This document shows positions 19,295-29,177 of a stretch of DNA of 64,000 nucleotides, piece after piece. Made by a program: the position numbers and the translations under genes. The stretch lies in contig JAQWMR010000001.1 in the NCBI GenBank assembly GCA_029246685.1, positions 31,246-95,245 of the forward strand. The letters run 5' to 3'. Source of the DNA: Acidimicrobiales bacterium. Lineage in GTDB: Bacteria > Actinomycetota > Acidimicrobiia > Acidimicrobiales > Aldehydirespiratoraceae. Under the pieces are notes generated by a model. The model was given only the letters and a program-made list of their open reading frames with translations. It was not told the DNA's origin and searched no databases. Each line of letters begins with the position of its first letter. Position 1 is the stretch's first letter.

Positions 19295-20094
19295 TGCCCG
19301 GCTACGGCGCCGTAGACCACGAGTACGGAATGAAGCTCGCCAGCACGACGCCCGAGGACGACGGGCCGGTGTGGATGGTCAACCTGATGAAGTACAAGGA
19401 GCAGGCCGACTACGGCGACGGCGAAAGCCAGGGCAAGTCGGGCCGCGAGGCGGACGATGAGTACACGCCGATCGGGCCGCTCACCGCGATCGGCGCGGAG
19501 ATCGTCTACGCCGCTGAGGTGGAGATGACGCCGCTCGGCGACGGGACGCAATGGGACCGAGTGGGCATCGTGAAGTACCCCACGCGGGCATCGTTCATCG
19601 AGATGCAGAGCCGTGAGGACTTCCAGAAGCAGCACGTCCACAAGGAGGCCGGCATGGACTTCACGTTCGTGATCGGGTGCCAGCCGATGGACCCGCAGCC
19701 GGGCGACCTTCTCGGCGCGACCACGCCGTGGAACGACGTGCAGTACCCGCCGACGGACGAGGACGGCGAGCTCCACGTCTGGCACGTCGTCAAGTGGGCC
19801 GAAGGTGGCGCCGAGACGATGGTGGACTACCAGAACGAGGCGGCGAAGCCGGCCGTGAAGTCCGGCGTGAAGATCGGCGGTTGGTTCGATGCCGAGGGCA
19901 CGATCCTTGGCGACGGCCGCAGCTGGGATCAGGTACGGCTCAACATCTTCCCGAGCCTCCAGGAGTTCATGGAGAACGTCGTGAACGACCCGGGCCGCCT
20001 GGCGATACAGGAGAGCAACCGGGAGCCCGCGATGGACGACACCTACACACTCCTATGCCGCCCGATGATCAACCGCCTGCGCGAGTCCTTCTGA
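19294..20094 (+). CDS. Tandem DUF1330-like (dimeric alpha/beta-barrel) protein
   Basis: ATG at 19294 overlaps the upstream TGA. Two internally similar halves: 'VWMVNLMKYKE...VGIVKYPTRASFIEM' and 'LHVWHVVKWAE...VRLNIFPSLQEFMENV'. Confidence 0.5.
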   Translation: MPGYGAVDHEYGMKLASTTPEDDGPVWMVNLMKYKEQADYGDGESQGKSGREADDEYTPIGPLTAIGAEIVYAAEVEMTPLGDGTQWDRVGIVKYPTRASFIEMQSREDFQKQHVHKEAGMDFTFVIGCQPMDPQPGDLLGATTPWNDVQYPPTDEDGELHVWHVVKWAEGGAETMVDYQNEAAKPAVKSGVKIGGWFDAEGTILGDGRSWDQVRLNIFPSLQEFMENVVNDPGRLAIQESNREPAMDDTYTLLCRPMINRLRESF

Positions 20095-21134
20095 GCGACA
20101 CCGCCGAACGCCGTTGGTTCGAGCCGACACCGGTCGGGCGTGACGCGGACGCGGCCCGGCTCACCGCTGAGCAGGTCGCGTCCTGGCGCGAGCAGGGCTT
20201 CTGCCTCGTCGACGGGCTGCTGCCGGATGACCTGGTCGATGCCGTTCGGGCCGACGCGGCCGCGTTTTTTCCGGAGCCCGGCTCCGACGCCGCTGCGGCA
20301 ATGAAGGGCTTCGGCAGCGGCCAGCGCTTCGTCTTCCCGTCACCATCGGCCGAGTTCAATGCGATCACGTTGCACCCGGACCTTCTACGAGCGGTCGCCG
20401 ATCTGCTCGGCGTCGCCGTGCCCGACCTGCGTCTCACTCAATCGGACCTGTGGCCGAAGTACGGGCGACCGCCATCGGGCGAGCCGAACGACAACGCCGA
20501 CCAGCGCATCCACTGCGACTATCCGAACCACATGCTCACGCATCCGTCGCCGTGGGACGCTCCGGACGCCGTGGAGATGATCGTCTATCTCGACGACGTT
20601 GACGACTGCGAGGGACCTACCGCCCTCGTCGCGCGGGAGGGGGAGGACGACCCCGCCTACGCATGGCCGATCATGGCGATGCCCGGCGTCGAGGGACTCG
20701 ACTACATCAACGACCGAGAGAAGGCCGAGGCGTACCTACGGGAGCATGCGCCGGAGAAGGACGCGTTTCGGGCCGCGCACCTCTACCCGCGGGAGGCGTG
20801 CGCCCGATACCGGGCTGGCACAGCGCTCCTCCACCGCCACGATGTCTGGCACCGCGGCACGGTCGCCCGCACCGGCACCCGGCGCCTGGCGATGAACCTC
20901 ACGTTCAAGCGAGCCGACGTCGAGTGGATCAACATAATCCACGTCGGCTGGGCATGGTCGGCGTACCACCTGGACCACCACCTCGAGCAGCTGATCGGCG
21001 CCGCGTCGGTCGACCAACGAACGGTCATGGGCTTCCCGGCACCCCGCTCGCGCTACTGGAACAACGCGACGCTCGAGGCCGTCAACGCAAGGTTCGCCCC
21101 GTTTGGGTTCGACCCCACGCCCTACGAGATGTAG
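20055..21134 (+). CDS. PhyH-like Fe(II)/2OG dioxygenase family protein
   Basis: 'QRIHCDYPNH' (HxD) and a distal 'HRHDVWHRG'. The start is uncertain; ATG 20055 overlaps the upstream gene by 40 nt. The stop TAG lies inside repeat copy 4. Confidence 0.5.
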   Translation: MPPDDQPPARVLLSDTAERRWFEPTPVGRDADAARLTAEQVASWREQGFCLVDGLLPDDLVDAVRADAAAFFPEPGSDAAAAMKGFGSGQRFVFPSPSAEFNAITLHPDLLRAVADLLGVAVPDLRLTQSDLWPKYGRPPSGEPNDNADQRIHCDYPNHMLTHPSPWDAPDAVEMIVYLDDVDDCEGPTALVAREGEDDPAYAWPIMAMPGVEGLDYINDREKAEAYLREHAPEKDAFRAAHLYPREACARYRAGTALLHRHDVWHRGTVARTGTRRLAMNLTFKRADVEWINIIHVGWAWSAYHLDHHLEQLIGAASVDQRTVMGFPAPRSRYWNNATLEAVNARFAPFGFDPTPYEM

Positions 21135-21160
21135 CGGGTGTCTGACACCAGTTGTAGCGG
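21127..21160. repeat. Dispersed repeat, copy 4
   Basis: GAGATGTAGCGGGTGTCTGACACCAGTTGTAGCGG, with the core at 21129-21149. It contains the TAG of the plus-strand gene and ends 1 nt before the minus-strand TAA (21161-21163). Confidence 0.8.
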
Positions 21161-21775
21161 TTAGGAGTTCGCGGCTTCGATGGCGGCTTTGGTGGCGGGG
21201 TGGTCGGTGGGGCGTTCGGTGAGGCGGCGGCAGTTGTTCTTGCCGGGGCCGTAGCGCCAGATCATCGTCTCGCCGTCGTCGGCCAGCTGGCGGGTGACGG
21301 CGACGATCTTCTTGTTGCCGGGGCGGAGCTTGTGCACGCCATTCTCCATCGTCGCGGCGACGCGGATGCGGGAGCCGTTGAAGCCGCCGATGTCGTCGAC
21401 GCCGTTCTCCAGCGTACCGTCGCAGAACATGTCGTGGACGAGGCCACCAACCGTGATCGTGATCCGGTTGCCGGCCTGCTCGATGCGTTGGACGTTGCCG
21501 GTCATTCGACCCTCGACGACCTCCCACACACCCCGCAGGTCGGGGTAGCCCGCCGGAAGCGGCTCACGGGACGCCGTGAGGGTGCGCGGCGCCCACACGT
21601 CCGGGGTCGCACCCTCCTTGGTGCCATCGAGGGGAATCTCGGCGACGGGCACCCCGGATCCGTCGAGCTCGGGGATTTCGTAGTCCGCCGGATCGATCGG
21701 TCGGGCGAGGGCCGCGAAGCCCTTGTTGTCCGGCTTCGAAAGGAAGGACCTCAGAGCAGTTCGGATGGCACCCAT
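21161..21775 (-). CDS. Hypothetical protein, translationally coupled to the LLM oxidoreductase
   Basis: ATG at 21775 overlaps the upstream TGA (TGATG). 204 aa with no recognised motif. Confidence 0.5.
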   Translation of the reverse strand: MGAIRTALRSFLSKPDNKGFAALARPIDPADYEIPELDGSGVPVAEIPLDGTKEGATPDVWAPRTLTASREPLPAGYPDLRGVWEVVEGRMTGNVQRIEQAGNRITITVGGLVHDMFCDGTLENGVDDIGGFNGSRIRVAATMENGVHKLRPGNKKIVAVTRQLADDGETMIWRYGPGKNNCRRLTERPTDHPATKAAIEAANS

Positions 21776-22812
21776 CAGCTGATCCAACCCTTGAGCTTCT
21801 CGATGAGCCCGAGCCGGTCGGCACCGGCGGGTTGGATCGAGAGGTGGGTGACACCGGCGGTCTGGTAGGCCTCGATGCGCTCGCGGACGAAGCCCTCGTC
21901 CCCCACCATCGCGGTCGCGTCGAGGAAATCCTGCGGCACCGCGGCCATGGCCTCTTCCTTCTTACCAGCGAGGTAGAGGTCCTGGATCTTCTCGGCCTCC
22001 TCCTCGTAGCCGTACTTGCGGAAGATGTTGTTGTAGAAGTTCTTGCCCTTGGCGCCCATGCCACCGACGTAGAGGGCGGCCATGAAGCGGCCAGCGTCTC
22101 GAATCTTCGTCGCCTGCTCCTCGTCGCAGATGGCGACAGTGCCGCCGGCCACGATGCTCATCGGCGGCAGCGAGGGATCGCGGTTGGCCGCGCCCTTCGC
22201 GAGGTCCTCGCCCCACACCTGATCGGCCTTGTCGGGATGGAAGAAGACGGGAATCCAGCCGTCCGCCATCTCGGCGGTGATCTCGACGTTCTTGGGGCCG
22301 AGCGACGCGATGTAGATCGGGATGTCGGCGCGCTTCGGGTGGTTGATCAGCTTGAGCGGCTTGCCCAAGCCAGTTCCCTGGTCGGGAGGCAACGGCAGCT
22401 GGTACGAGTCGCCGTCGTGGGTGACGACCTCGCGGGCCCACACCTTGCGGCAGATCTCGATGATCTCCTTCTGGCGACCGATCGGCTTGTCGTAGGGCAG
22501 ACCGTGCCAGCCCTCGATCACCTGGGGGCCGGACGCACCGAGGCCGAGGATGAAGCGTCCGTCAGAGACGGCGTCGAGACCAGCGGCCGTCATTGCGGTG
22601 AGCGTGGGCGTGCGGGAGTAGATCGGCAGGATCGCCGAGCCGAGCTCCATCGTCTCCGTCTTTGCTGCGAGGTAGCCGAGGATCGACACGGCATCGAAGC
22701 TGTAGAGCTCCGCGACCCAGCCGACGTCGATTCCAGCCCGTTCGAGGTCCGCTGCGTCGTCGCCGGCGGCCCGTGGGTCGCCTGAATAGTTGAGGGTCAT
22801 CGAAAGCTTCAT
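21775..22812 (-). CDS. LLM-class F420-dependent oxidoreductase (luciferase-like)
   Basis: 'MKLSMTLNYSGDP...GIDVGWVAELYSFDAVSILGYLAAKTE...LGSAILPIYSRTP...GRFILGLGASGPQVIEGWHG' is the typical family signature. GGAGA precedes the ATG. Confidence 0.85.
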   Translation of the reverse strand: MKLSMTLNYSGDPRAAGDDAADLERAGIDVGWVAELYSFDAVSILGYLAAKTETMELGSAILPIYSRTPTLTAMTAAGLDAVSDGRFILGLGASGPQVIEGWHGLPYDKPIGRQKEIIEICRKVWAREVVTHDGDSYQLPLPPDQGTGLGKPLKLINHPKRADIPIYIASLGPKNVEITAEMADGWIPVFFHPDKADQVWGEDLAKGAANRDPSLPPMSIVAGGTVAICDEEQATKIRDAGRFMAALYVGGMGAKGKNFYNNIFRKYGYEEEAEKIQDLYLAGKKEEAMAAVPQDFLDATAMVGDEGFVRERIEAYQTAGVTHLSIQPAGADRLGLIEKLKGWIS

Positions 22813-22902
22813 ACGGAGGTCTCCAGAACTTCTGTCAGTCTTGCCGACAATAGTTTGCTCGGCCTATGGTCACAAGGCCGCATCGGGAACGAGGAGTTTC
22901 GC

Positions 22903-25161
22903 ATGAAGACCTATGGAGAGTGGAACGGGACGATCGGCCGCACGATCGCCGAATCGGAACCGCACTTCGTGGAACCGCCCCACCCGGGTGAGGACGCGCC
23001 CAATGTCGTCGTCATCCTCTTCGACGATCTCGGCTTCTCGCAGTTCGGTTGCTACGGATCCGACATCGACACCCCAGCGGTCGACGCGCTCGCTGCCAAC
23101 GGTCTTCGTTACACGAACTTCCACGTGACGCCCCTGTGCTCGCCCACCCGCGCTGCGCTGCTCACCGGCCGCAACCATCACACCGTCGGCATGCGCGGCG
23201 TCTCCAACTTCAACACCGGCTTCCCGCACATGACGGGCCACATCTCGCAGCACGCGGCCACAATGGCGGAGGTGCTCCACGACGAGGGCTACGCAACCTT
23301 CGCCGTGGGCAAGTGGCACCTCGCCCCGATGGAGCAGTGCTCCGCCGCCGGGCCATTCGATCACTGGCCCGTGCAACGCGGCTTCGATCGGTTCTACGGC
23401 TTCCTCGAGGGCGAGACCGATCAGTTCAATCCGACGCTGACCTACGACAACCACCACATCGAGCGGCCTGAGTCCTCCGGTGGCACCGACGGCTACCACG
23501 TCAGCGAAGACATGATCGACCGAGCGATCGAGTTCATCCACGACTCGAAATCCGTGCGCCCGGATCGTCCTTTCCTTCTCTACTGCGCGTTCGGCGCGAC
23601 CCACGCGCCGCATCAGGCACCTGACGAGTACCTGCAGAAGTACAGCGGCACCTACGACGAGGGTTGGGACGTCGTGCGCCAGCGCTGGTTCGAGAGCCAG
23701 CTCGCGCTCGGCATCACCGAATCCACCACGCAGCTTGCGCCCCGCAACCCAGGCGTCGAGGCGTGGGAGGACATGGACGACAACACGCGTGCCCTCGCGT
23801 GCCGTCTGCAGGAAGCCTTCGCCGCGTTCCTCGAGCACACCGACGACCAGATCGACCGACTCGTCGCGGACCTCCGTGAGATGGGCGAGCTCGACAACAC
23901 AGTCATCATGATCATGGGTGACAACGGCGCCTCCCAGGAGGGCGGTCCCTTCGGTGTGCTGCACGAGATGAAGTTCTTCAACGGCATCCTCGAGACTCCC
24001 GACGAGGCCGTCGAGCACCTCGATGAAATCGGCGGTCCTCACTCCCACACCAACTACCCGTGGGGGTGGGCGCAGGTCGGCAACACCCCGTTCAAGTGGT
24101 ACAAGCAGAACACCCACGAGGGCGGCGTCCACGTGCCGCTGGTCGTGCACTACCCCGACAAGGTCACCGACGCCGGCGGCATCCGTCGCCAGTTCCATCA
24201 CGTCAACGACATCGCGGCGACGCTGTACGACATGCTCGGCATCGAAGCGCCGACCGTGCGCCGCGGCCTCGAGCAGACGCCGATATCCGGCGTGCCGATG
24301 ACCTACACCTTCACCGACGCTGACGCCCCGACCACCAAAGAGATCCAGTACTACGAGATGGCCGGTCACCGTGGCCTCTGGCACGACGGTTGGAAGGCGG
24401 TCACCCGCCATGACCGCGGCGTACCCTTCGACGAGGACACCTGGGAGCTCTACAACCTGGCGGAGGACGCGTCGGAGTGCAACGACCTCGCCGAGTCGAT
24501 GCCGGAGAAGCTCGCCGAGATGATCGACTTGTGGTGGCAGGAGGCAGAAAACGAAGGCGTGCTCCCGCTCGACGAGCGGATGATCGAGCTCTTCGGCAAC
24601 AGGTACCGGGAGCGGTCGCCGCATCCGGCCGACATGCACTACGTATACCGGCCACCGATATCCGACGTGCCCGGCCAGGCCGGCGCGACGCTCGGCGGAC
24701 GGTCCTGGACGATGACGGCCTCGGTTGACCGCGTGGCCGATGGCGTCATCTACTCGACCGGCACCGAGAATTCCGGCGTGTCGCTCTTCGTCAAGGACAA
24801 CCACCTCGTCTTCGACTACAACGCCTTCGACGACCACACCGTCACCCGGTCCGCCGCCTCGATTCCGGCCGATGCCACCGAGTTCCGCGTGGACTTCCTA
24901 CGGGTGAGCGGCCGGAAGGGTCTCGTCCGCCTCTCAGTTGACGACGAGCCGGTTGCCGCCAACGAGATCCCGTGGGTCGCCGGAATGATGTCGTCGGTCG
25001 GCGCATCGTTCGCAAGGGGTGGCAGCTCTCCGGTGAGCCTGGAGTACGCGGGCCGGTTCCCATACGGGGGCACCGTGAAGCAGGTCGACATCCAGCTCCA
25101 TGAGCGAGCCGACGCGGAGACCATGGAGGCCGAAATGCGGGCGGAGCTCAGCAAGCAATAG
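22903..25161 (+). CDS. Arylsulfatase (Cys-type, formylglycine-dependent)
   Basis: ATG at 22903 follows GAGGAG. 'PLCSPTRAALLTGRNHH' is the CxPxR signature. 'GKWHLG'-like 'GKWHLAP' and 'MGDNGAS'. Confidence 0.85.
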   Translation: MKTYGEWNGTIGRTIAESEPHFVEPPHPGEDAPNVVVILFDDLGFSQFGCYGSDIDTPAVDALAANGLRYTNFHVTPLCSPTRAALLTGRNHHTVGMRGVSNFNTGFPHMTGHISQHAATMAEVLHDEGYATFAVGKWHLAPMEQCSAAGPFDHWPVQRGFDRFYGFLEGETDQFNPTLTYDNHHIERPESSGGTDGYHVSEDMIDRAIEFIHDSKSVRPDRPFLLYCAFGATHAPHQAPDEYLQKYSGTYDEGWDVVRQRWFESQLALGITESTTQLAPRNPGVEAWEDMDDNTRALACRLQEAFAAFLEHTDDQIDRLVADLREMGELDNTVIMIMGDNGASQEGGPFGVLHEMKFFNGILETPDEAVEHLDEIGGPHSHTNYPWGWAQVGNTPFKWYKQNTHEGGVHVPLVVHYPDKVTDAGGIRRQFHHVNDIAATLYDMLGIEAPTVRRGLEQTPISGVPMTYTFTDADAPTTKEIQYYEMAGHRGLWHDGWKAVTRHDRGVPFDEDTWELYNLAEDASECNDLAESMPEKLAEMIDLWWQEAENEGVLPLDERMIELFGNRYRERSPHPADMHYVYRPPISDVPGQAGATLGGRSWTMTASVDRVADGVIYSTGTENSGVSLFVKDNHLVFDYNAFDDHTVTRSAASIPADATEFRVDFLRVSGRKGLVRLSVDDEPVAANEIPWVAGMMSSVGASFARGGSSPVSLEYAGRFPYGGTVKQVDIQLHERADAETMEAEMRAELSKQ

Positions 25162-25193
25162 CGCCCGGCAGGCGTCAGCAGGAGCCGCCGTTG

Positions 25194-25982
25194 TTAGCCG
25201 GTGTAGGCGAGATTGAGGGCTGCGGTGCGGCCCCACTCGTCGTCGCCGGACCACGCGATCTTGCCGTCGTCGACCTGCTCCTGCGGGTCGATCCGGCCGG
25301 CAGCGAGCATCACGAACGTGCCGGCATCGGTGGTCACCGTCACATCAGGCGAGTCGACCGAATCGACGCGAGTGGCCCGACCGTCAACGGAGACGGCGAT
25401 GTCTCGCTCGACCTCACCTCGGATCTCGAAGACGATCGACTTGCCTTCGGGAAGGCCGATCTTCTTGCCCACGATGTAGCCGACCGAGTCGTCGACCTCC
25501 TGGAGTGTCATCTCGGCCGGCGGACCGAAGTTGTCGAGCGTCTCGCCGAGCGGAATGGCGATGTCGCGGGCGTGGACCCAGAGGTCGAACACACGGACCT
25601 GGAGGAACCGCCGATAGGTGGCGATTCCGGCGGGAGTGAACGACGGCTCATCGATCACGGCCGGATCGAGCGCCTCGAGATCGTTCAAGCGGCTGGATGT
25701 GATCTCGCCGATGCGCGACGCGAAGTCGGGGCGACCGAGCGGAGAGATCTCGCGGTAGTAGTCGCCCATCTTGTCGAACGGCGGCGGCTCCTCGGCCGAG
25801 GGCGTCCATCCGGTCAGCACGACTTCGACGCCCATGGTGTGGGTGATGACGCCGCGGGCGTCCCACTCCGGGCAAAGCGATTGCGTCGCCATCTCGTCGT
25901 CGGACAACCGCCCGACAAGGTCGTTGTAGTGGGCGAAGAGGCCCCGATGCGCGTCGACGTATTCGGCGTGTTGGAACGTCAT
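25194..25982 (-). CDS. Mycothiol-dependent maleylpyruvate isomerase family (DinB-like N-domain) protein
   Basis: ATG at 25982 overlaps the upstream TGA (ATGA). '...LVGRLSDDEMATQSLCPEWDARGVITH' is the DinB/MDMPI N-domain pattern. Confidence 0.6.
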   Translation of the reverse strand: MTFQHAEYVDAHRGLFAHYNDLVGRLSDDEMATQSLCPEWDARGVITHTMGVEVVLTGWTPSAEEPPPFDKMGDYYREISPLGRPDFASRIGEITSSRLNDLEALDPAVIDEPSFTPAGIATYRRFLQVRVFDLWVHARDIAIPLGETLDNFGPPAEMTLQEVDDSVGYIVGKKIGLPEGKSIVFEIRGEVERDIAVSVDGRATRVDSVDSPDVTVTTDAGTFVMLAAGRIDPQEQVDDGKIAWSGDDEWGRTAALNLAYTG

Positions 25983-26665
25983 CGAGCCGGCTTCTCCCTG
26001 CTCTCCCACTCACGGGCTTCGAAGTAGGGCTTGAAGACGCCGCCGATGTGGACCATGTCCTCGTCGGTCTTCGGCGTCTTCAACTCATAGAGGCGATCGA
26101 CCTTGCTATACGCGACAGTGAGGTCCCACAGGTCGAGAGCTTCCTGATCAACGGGGGCCGGGGCGACAACGGGGCCGTACACCTGGTTGTCGCCGGGGAA
26201 GATGATCGTGGGCACACCGAATCCGCCGGAGTTCACGATCGCGTCGTGATCGGCCCTCACATCGTCGTGGGTGGTCTGGTCGTCGATCGCAGCCTGCACC
26301 ACTGACGGGTCGATGCCGAGTTCTTCGCACAGCTCCTCGGCAACCTCGGGCCGATGCGGCTTGCGGCCGTCCTCGTGCAGCGCCTTGCCGGCGGCCTCGT
26401 AGAACCGATCGCAGTCATCCATCGATGTCCGCCGCAGCATCGCCGCGACCCGGAGCATCCCCCAGCCGTAGGACCATTCGCGCTCCCACGGGTGCTTCTT
26501 GCCTTCTTCGCGGTTGATCTCCTCGAGGGAGAAGAATCGCCAGTCGATCTCCAACGGGACGGTCTCGCGGACGGTGCGAATCCACTTCGCGGTCTGATAC
26601 GCCCACGGGCACATCACATCAAAGTGGAAGGCGATCTTCATCGGCTCCACAGCGGCATCGGTCAT
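25979..26665 (-). CDS. DsbA-like thioredoxin-fold protein
   Basis: 'KIAFHFDVMCPWAYQTAKW' is the N-terminal active-site-like region of DSBA/HCCA-isomerase-like proteins. Confidence 0.65.
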   Translation of the reverse strand: MTDAAVEPMKIAFHFDVMCPWAYQTAKWIRTVRETVPLEIDWRFFSLEEINREEGKKHPWEREWSYGWGMLRVAAMLRRTSMDDCDRFYEAAGKALHEDGRKPHRPEVAEELCEELGIDPSVVQAAIDDQTTHDDVRADHDAIVNSGGFGVPTIIFPGDNQVYGPVVAPAPVDQEALDLWDLTVAYSKVDRLYELKTPKTDEDMVHIGGVFKPYFEAREWESREKPAR

Positions 26666-26692
26666 GGCCGCGACCGTAGCCGGGGGTTGCCG
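26666..26692 (-). promoter_or_regulatory. Putative leaderless promoter with a conserved spacer motif (copy 1)
   Basis: Minus strand reads GCAACCCCCGGC-TACGGT-CGCGGCC-ATG. The TAnnnT -10 lies 7 nt before the start codon. A near-identical block is at 29844-29871. Confidence 0.4.
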
Positions 26693-26723
26693 CGCGGAGA
26701 AATTGTCAGGCAGACTGCCACTT

Positions 26724-27926
26724 ATGAGTGACGCAGAACTCCAGACCGTCGAAGCCGCCCTCGAATCCCTCCTCGCGGAGCACGATCCGAAGGCCGAATC
26801 GTACGAGGAGTTCCGAGGTCACCAGTACGACGCCGGCCTCGCCTGGGTCCACTATCCGGCGGGCAGGGGCGGCTCGGGCGTCCGCCCCCAGCTGCAGCGT
26901 GACGTGAACCGGCGCCTCGCCGAAGCCGGCGCCGCGCCGATGGACCCGTCGATGTTCTTCATCGCTCTCGCTGCCCCCACAATCCTCACGCACGGCGGCG
27001 ACGAGCAACAGGAGCGCTTCCTCCGTCCGATGTTCACGGGCGAAGAGAAGTGGTGCCAGCTCTTCTCCGAACCGGGCGCCGGATCGGACTTCGCCGGCCT
27101 CGGCACGAAGGCGATCGAAGACGGCGACGAGTGGGTGGTCAACGGCCAGAAGGTGTGGAACACCCTCGCCCACATCGCCGACTTCGGGATGCTCGTCACC
27201 CGCACCGACCCCGAAATGCCGAAGCACAAGGGCATGACCTACTTCGCGCTCGACATGAAGGCTGAAGGCGTGGAGGTCCGACCGCTACGTCAGATCACCG
27301 GTGAGGCCGAGTTCAACGAGGTCTACATGACCGACGTCCGCGTGCCGGATGCGCATCGCATCGGCGCCCGAGGCGAGGGCTGGCGCGCCGCGCTGACCAC
27401 GCTGATGAACGAGCGCACCGCAATCGGCGGCGGTGGCGGTGGCGGCTCCGCACCGAAGATGGGTAGCGGCCCGATCAGCCACCTCGTGAAGCTGTACGAG
27501 TCGAGCGATCAGAAGTGCGAAGCCCGCCAGGACGAGCTCATGCAGCTCTGGTGTCGCTCCGAAGTACTGCGGCTCACCAACGCCCGCGCCATTCAGGCCG
27601 CCAAGGGTGGCCAGCCCGGCCCCGAGGGGTCGGTGGCGAAGCTCGCCGGTGCGGAGCTCAACAAGGACATCTACAGCTGGGCCGTCGGCCTGCAGGGCAT
27701 GGCCGGCCAGGTCGGCTTCGACTACACGTTCCGTCGCCCGGGCGCCGTTGATCTCGACGGCAGCAGTCAGGGCCTCGGCTACGCGTTCCTCCGAGCTCGG
27801 GCCAACTCGATCGAAGGCGGCACCTCCGAGGTGCTCCGTAACGTGATGGGCGAGCAGATGCTCGGCCTCCCCGGCGAGCCCCGCATCGACAAAGAGGGCC
27901 CCTGGATCGACGTCCCCCGCAGCTAA
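26724..27926 (+). CDS. Acyl-CoA dehydrogenase
   Basis: 400 aa from ATG 26724. 'WCQLFSEPGAGSD', 'GQKVWNT', C-terminal 'IEGGTSEVLRNVMGE'. Confidence 0.85.
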   Translation: MSDAELQTVEAALESLLAEHDPKAESYEEFRGHQYDAGLAWVHYPAGRGGSGVRPQLQRDVNRRLAEAGAAPMDPSMFFIALAAPTILTHGGDEQQERFLRPMFTGEEKWCQLFSEPGAGSDFAGLGTKAIEDGDEWVVNGQKVWNTLAHIADFGMLVTRTDPEMPKHKGMTYFALDMKAEGVEVRPLRQITGEAEFNEVYMTDVRVPDAHRIGARGEGWRAALTTLMNERTAIGGGGGGGSAPKMGSGPISHLVKLYESSDQKCEARQDELMQLWCRSEVLRLTNARAIQAAKGGQPGPEGSVAKLAGAELNKDIYSWAVGLQGMAGQVGFDYTFRRPGAVDLDGSSQGLGYAFLRARANSIEGGTSEVLRNVMGEQMLGLPGEPRIDKEGPWIDVPRS

Positions 27927-27986
27927 CCCCCGCTTCTTAACCGAGTTACGCGGGCTATTCCCGCGTTTCTCGACGCAGATCGAGGG

Positions 27987-29174
27987 TTAGGGCTGGTGGA
28001 CGATCTGGAGGGACTCCAGGCGCAGGACCATGATGCTGTTCGCGTAGCGAGTGTCCACGACGTCGGCTTCCGGAACCCGGGCGAGGAACTCCTCGACCAT
28101 GACGCGGGCTTCGAGGCGAGCGATGTGCTCGCCCACGCATTTGTGCTGCCTGCGACCGAAAGCGAGATGCGTGGATGGCGCGTCCTTGACTCCTGGTGAC
28201 CGATTCGCGGCGCTCCACATGAGCATCAGGCGGTCGCCGTCGACGAGGTCGTAGCCACCGAGCGAACAGGGCCGGCGAACGGCGCGGTAGTGGAACCGGA
28301 AGGGCAACGCGAGCCGCGCGACCTCGTCGACATAGGCAGGGATCAACCCCGGGTTCTGCCGGAGCGCGCCCGCCTGCTCGAGCCCGGCGAAGAGATTGCG
28401 CAGGCACGAGCCGAGCAGCGCGGCCGTGGACTCGCCACCCGCGCTGAACATCACGATCGCCACACCAAGCGCCTCGTCCATACTGATCTCGTCGCGCTCC
28501 ACGGCGCCGCGGAGCAAGGGGATCATGGGCACGTCGTCGTCAGGCCGGGCGGGCGCTGCCGCGTCAAGATGCTGCTGAAGGTAGACCGCCATGCCCATCG
28601 TCTCGCCGGTGAGCGCGACCAACGCGTCCTCGCCGACATTGCCGCCGAGAAGTGTCCCGCCGGTCATGGCCCACGTCCGGAAGTGATCGACGTCGTCCTG
28701 GGGCAACCCGAGAATCTCACCGACGACCCGAGCAGGCACCGTCTCCACCACCTCGATGATCTCCGGGTCGCCGGCGGCGACCCATTGATCGAGGAGTTCT
28801 TCGGTCCAGCTCCGAATCTTCCCCTCCAGCCGGTCGACCGCGCGAGGAGTCATCGACGGCTGCACGAGCGACCGGTGAACGCGATGGCGGGGACTGTCAG
28901 CGGTCGCGATGACCATCGTGGACTCTGACTGCGGGAGCTCAAAGACGAGCGGGCCGTCGTCGCCCCGCATCAGCACGCCGGTGAGGTTCGCCGAGAAGTC
29001 GTCCTCTCGTCGAAGCACCTCCTCGATCAAGTCACGATCGCGGACCATGTGGACGCCGGTCTCGCCGATCCGGTCGATGGTGGCTCCGCCGATCCCGATC
29101 GGATCGAACCACTCAGAGGCAGCGCCCTCGAACAGCTCGGCTTGCGAGGCCTCGAGGTGCGGCGCGCGTCCCAC
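27987..29174 (-). CDS. Cytochrome P450
   Basis: Heme loop 'FGRRQHKCVGEHIAR' (FxxGxxxCxG), 'AGGESTA' I-helix and 'EVARL' (ExxR). Confidence 0.85.
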   Translation of the reverse strand: MGRAPHLEASQAELFEGAASEWFDPIGIGGATIDRIGETGVHMVRDRDLIEEVLRREDDFSANLTGVLMRGDDGPLVFELPQSESTMVIATADSPRHRVHRSLVQPSMTPRAVDRLEGKIRSWTEELLDQWVAAGDPEIIEVVETVPARVVGEILGLPQDDVDHFRTWAMTGGTLLGGNVGEDALVALTGETMGMAVYLQQHLDAAAPARPDDDVPMIPLLRGAVERDEISMDEALGVAIVMFSAGGESTAALLGSCLRNLFAGLEQAGALRQNPGLIPAYVDEVARLALPFRFHYRAVRRPCSLGGYDLVDGDRLMLMWSAANRSPGVKDAPSTHLAFGRRQHKCVGEHIARLEARVMVEEFLARVPEADVVDTRYANSIMVLRLESLQIVHQP

Positions 29175-29177
29175 AGC

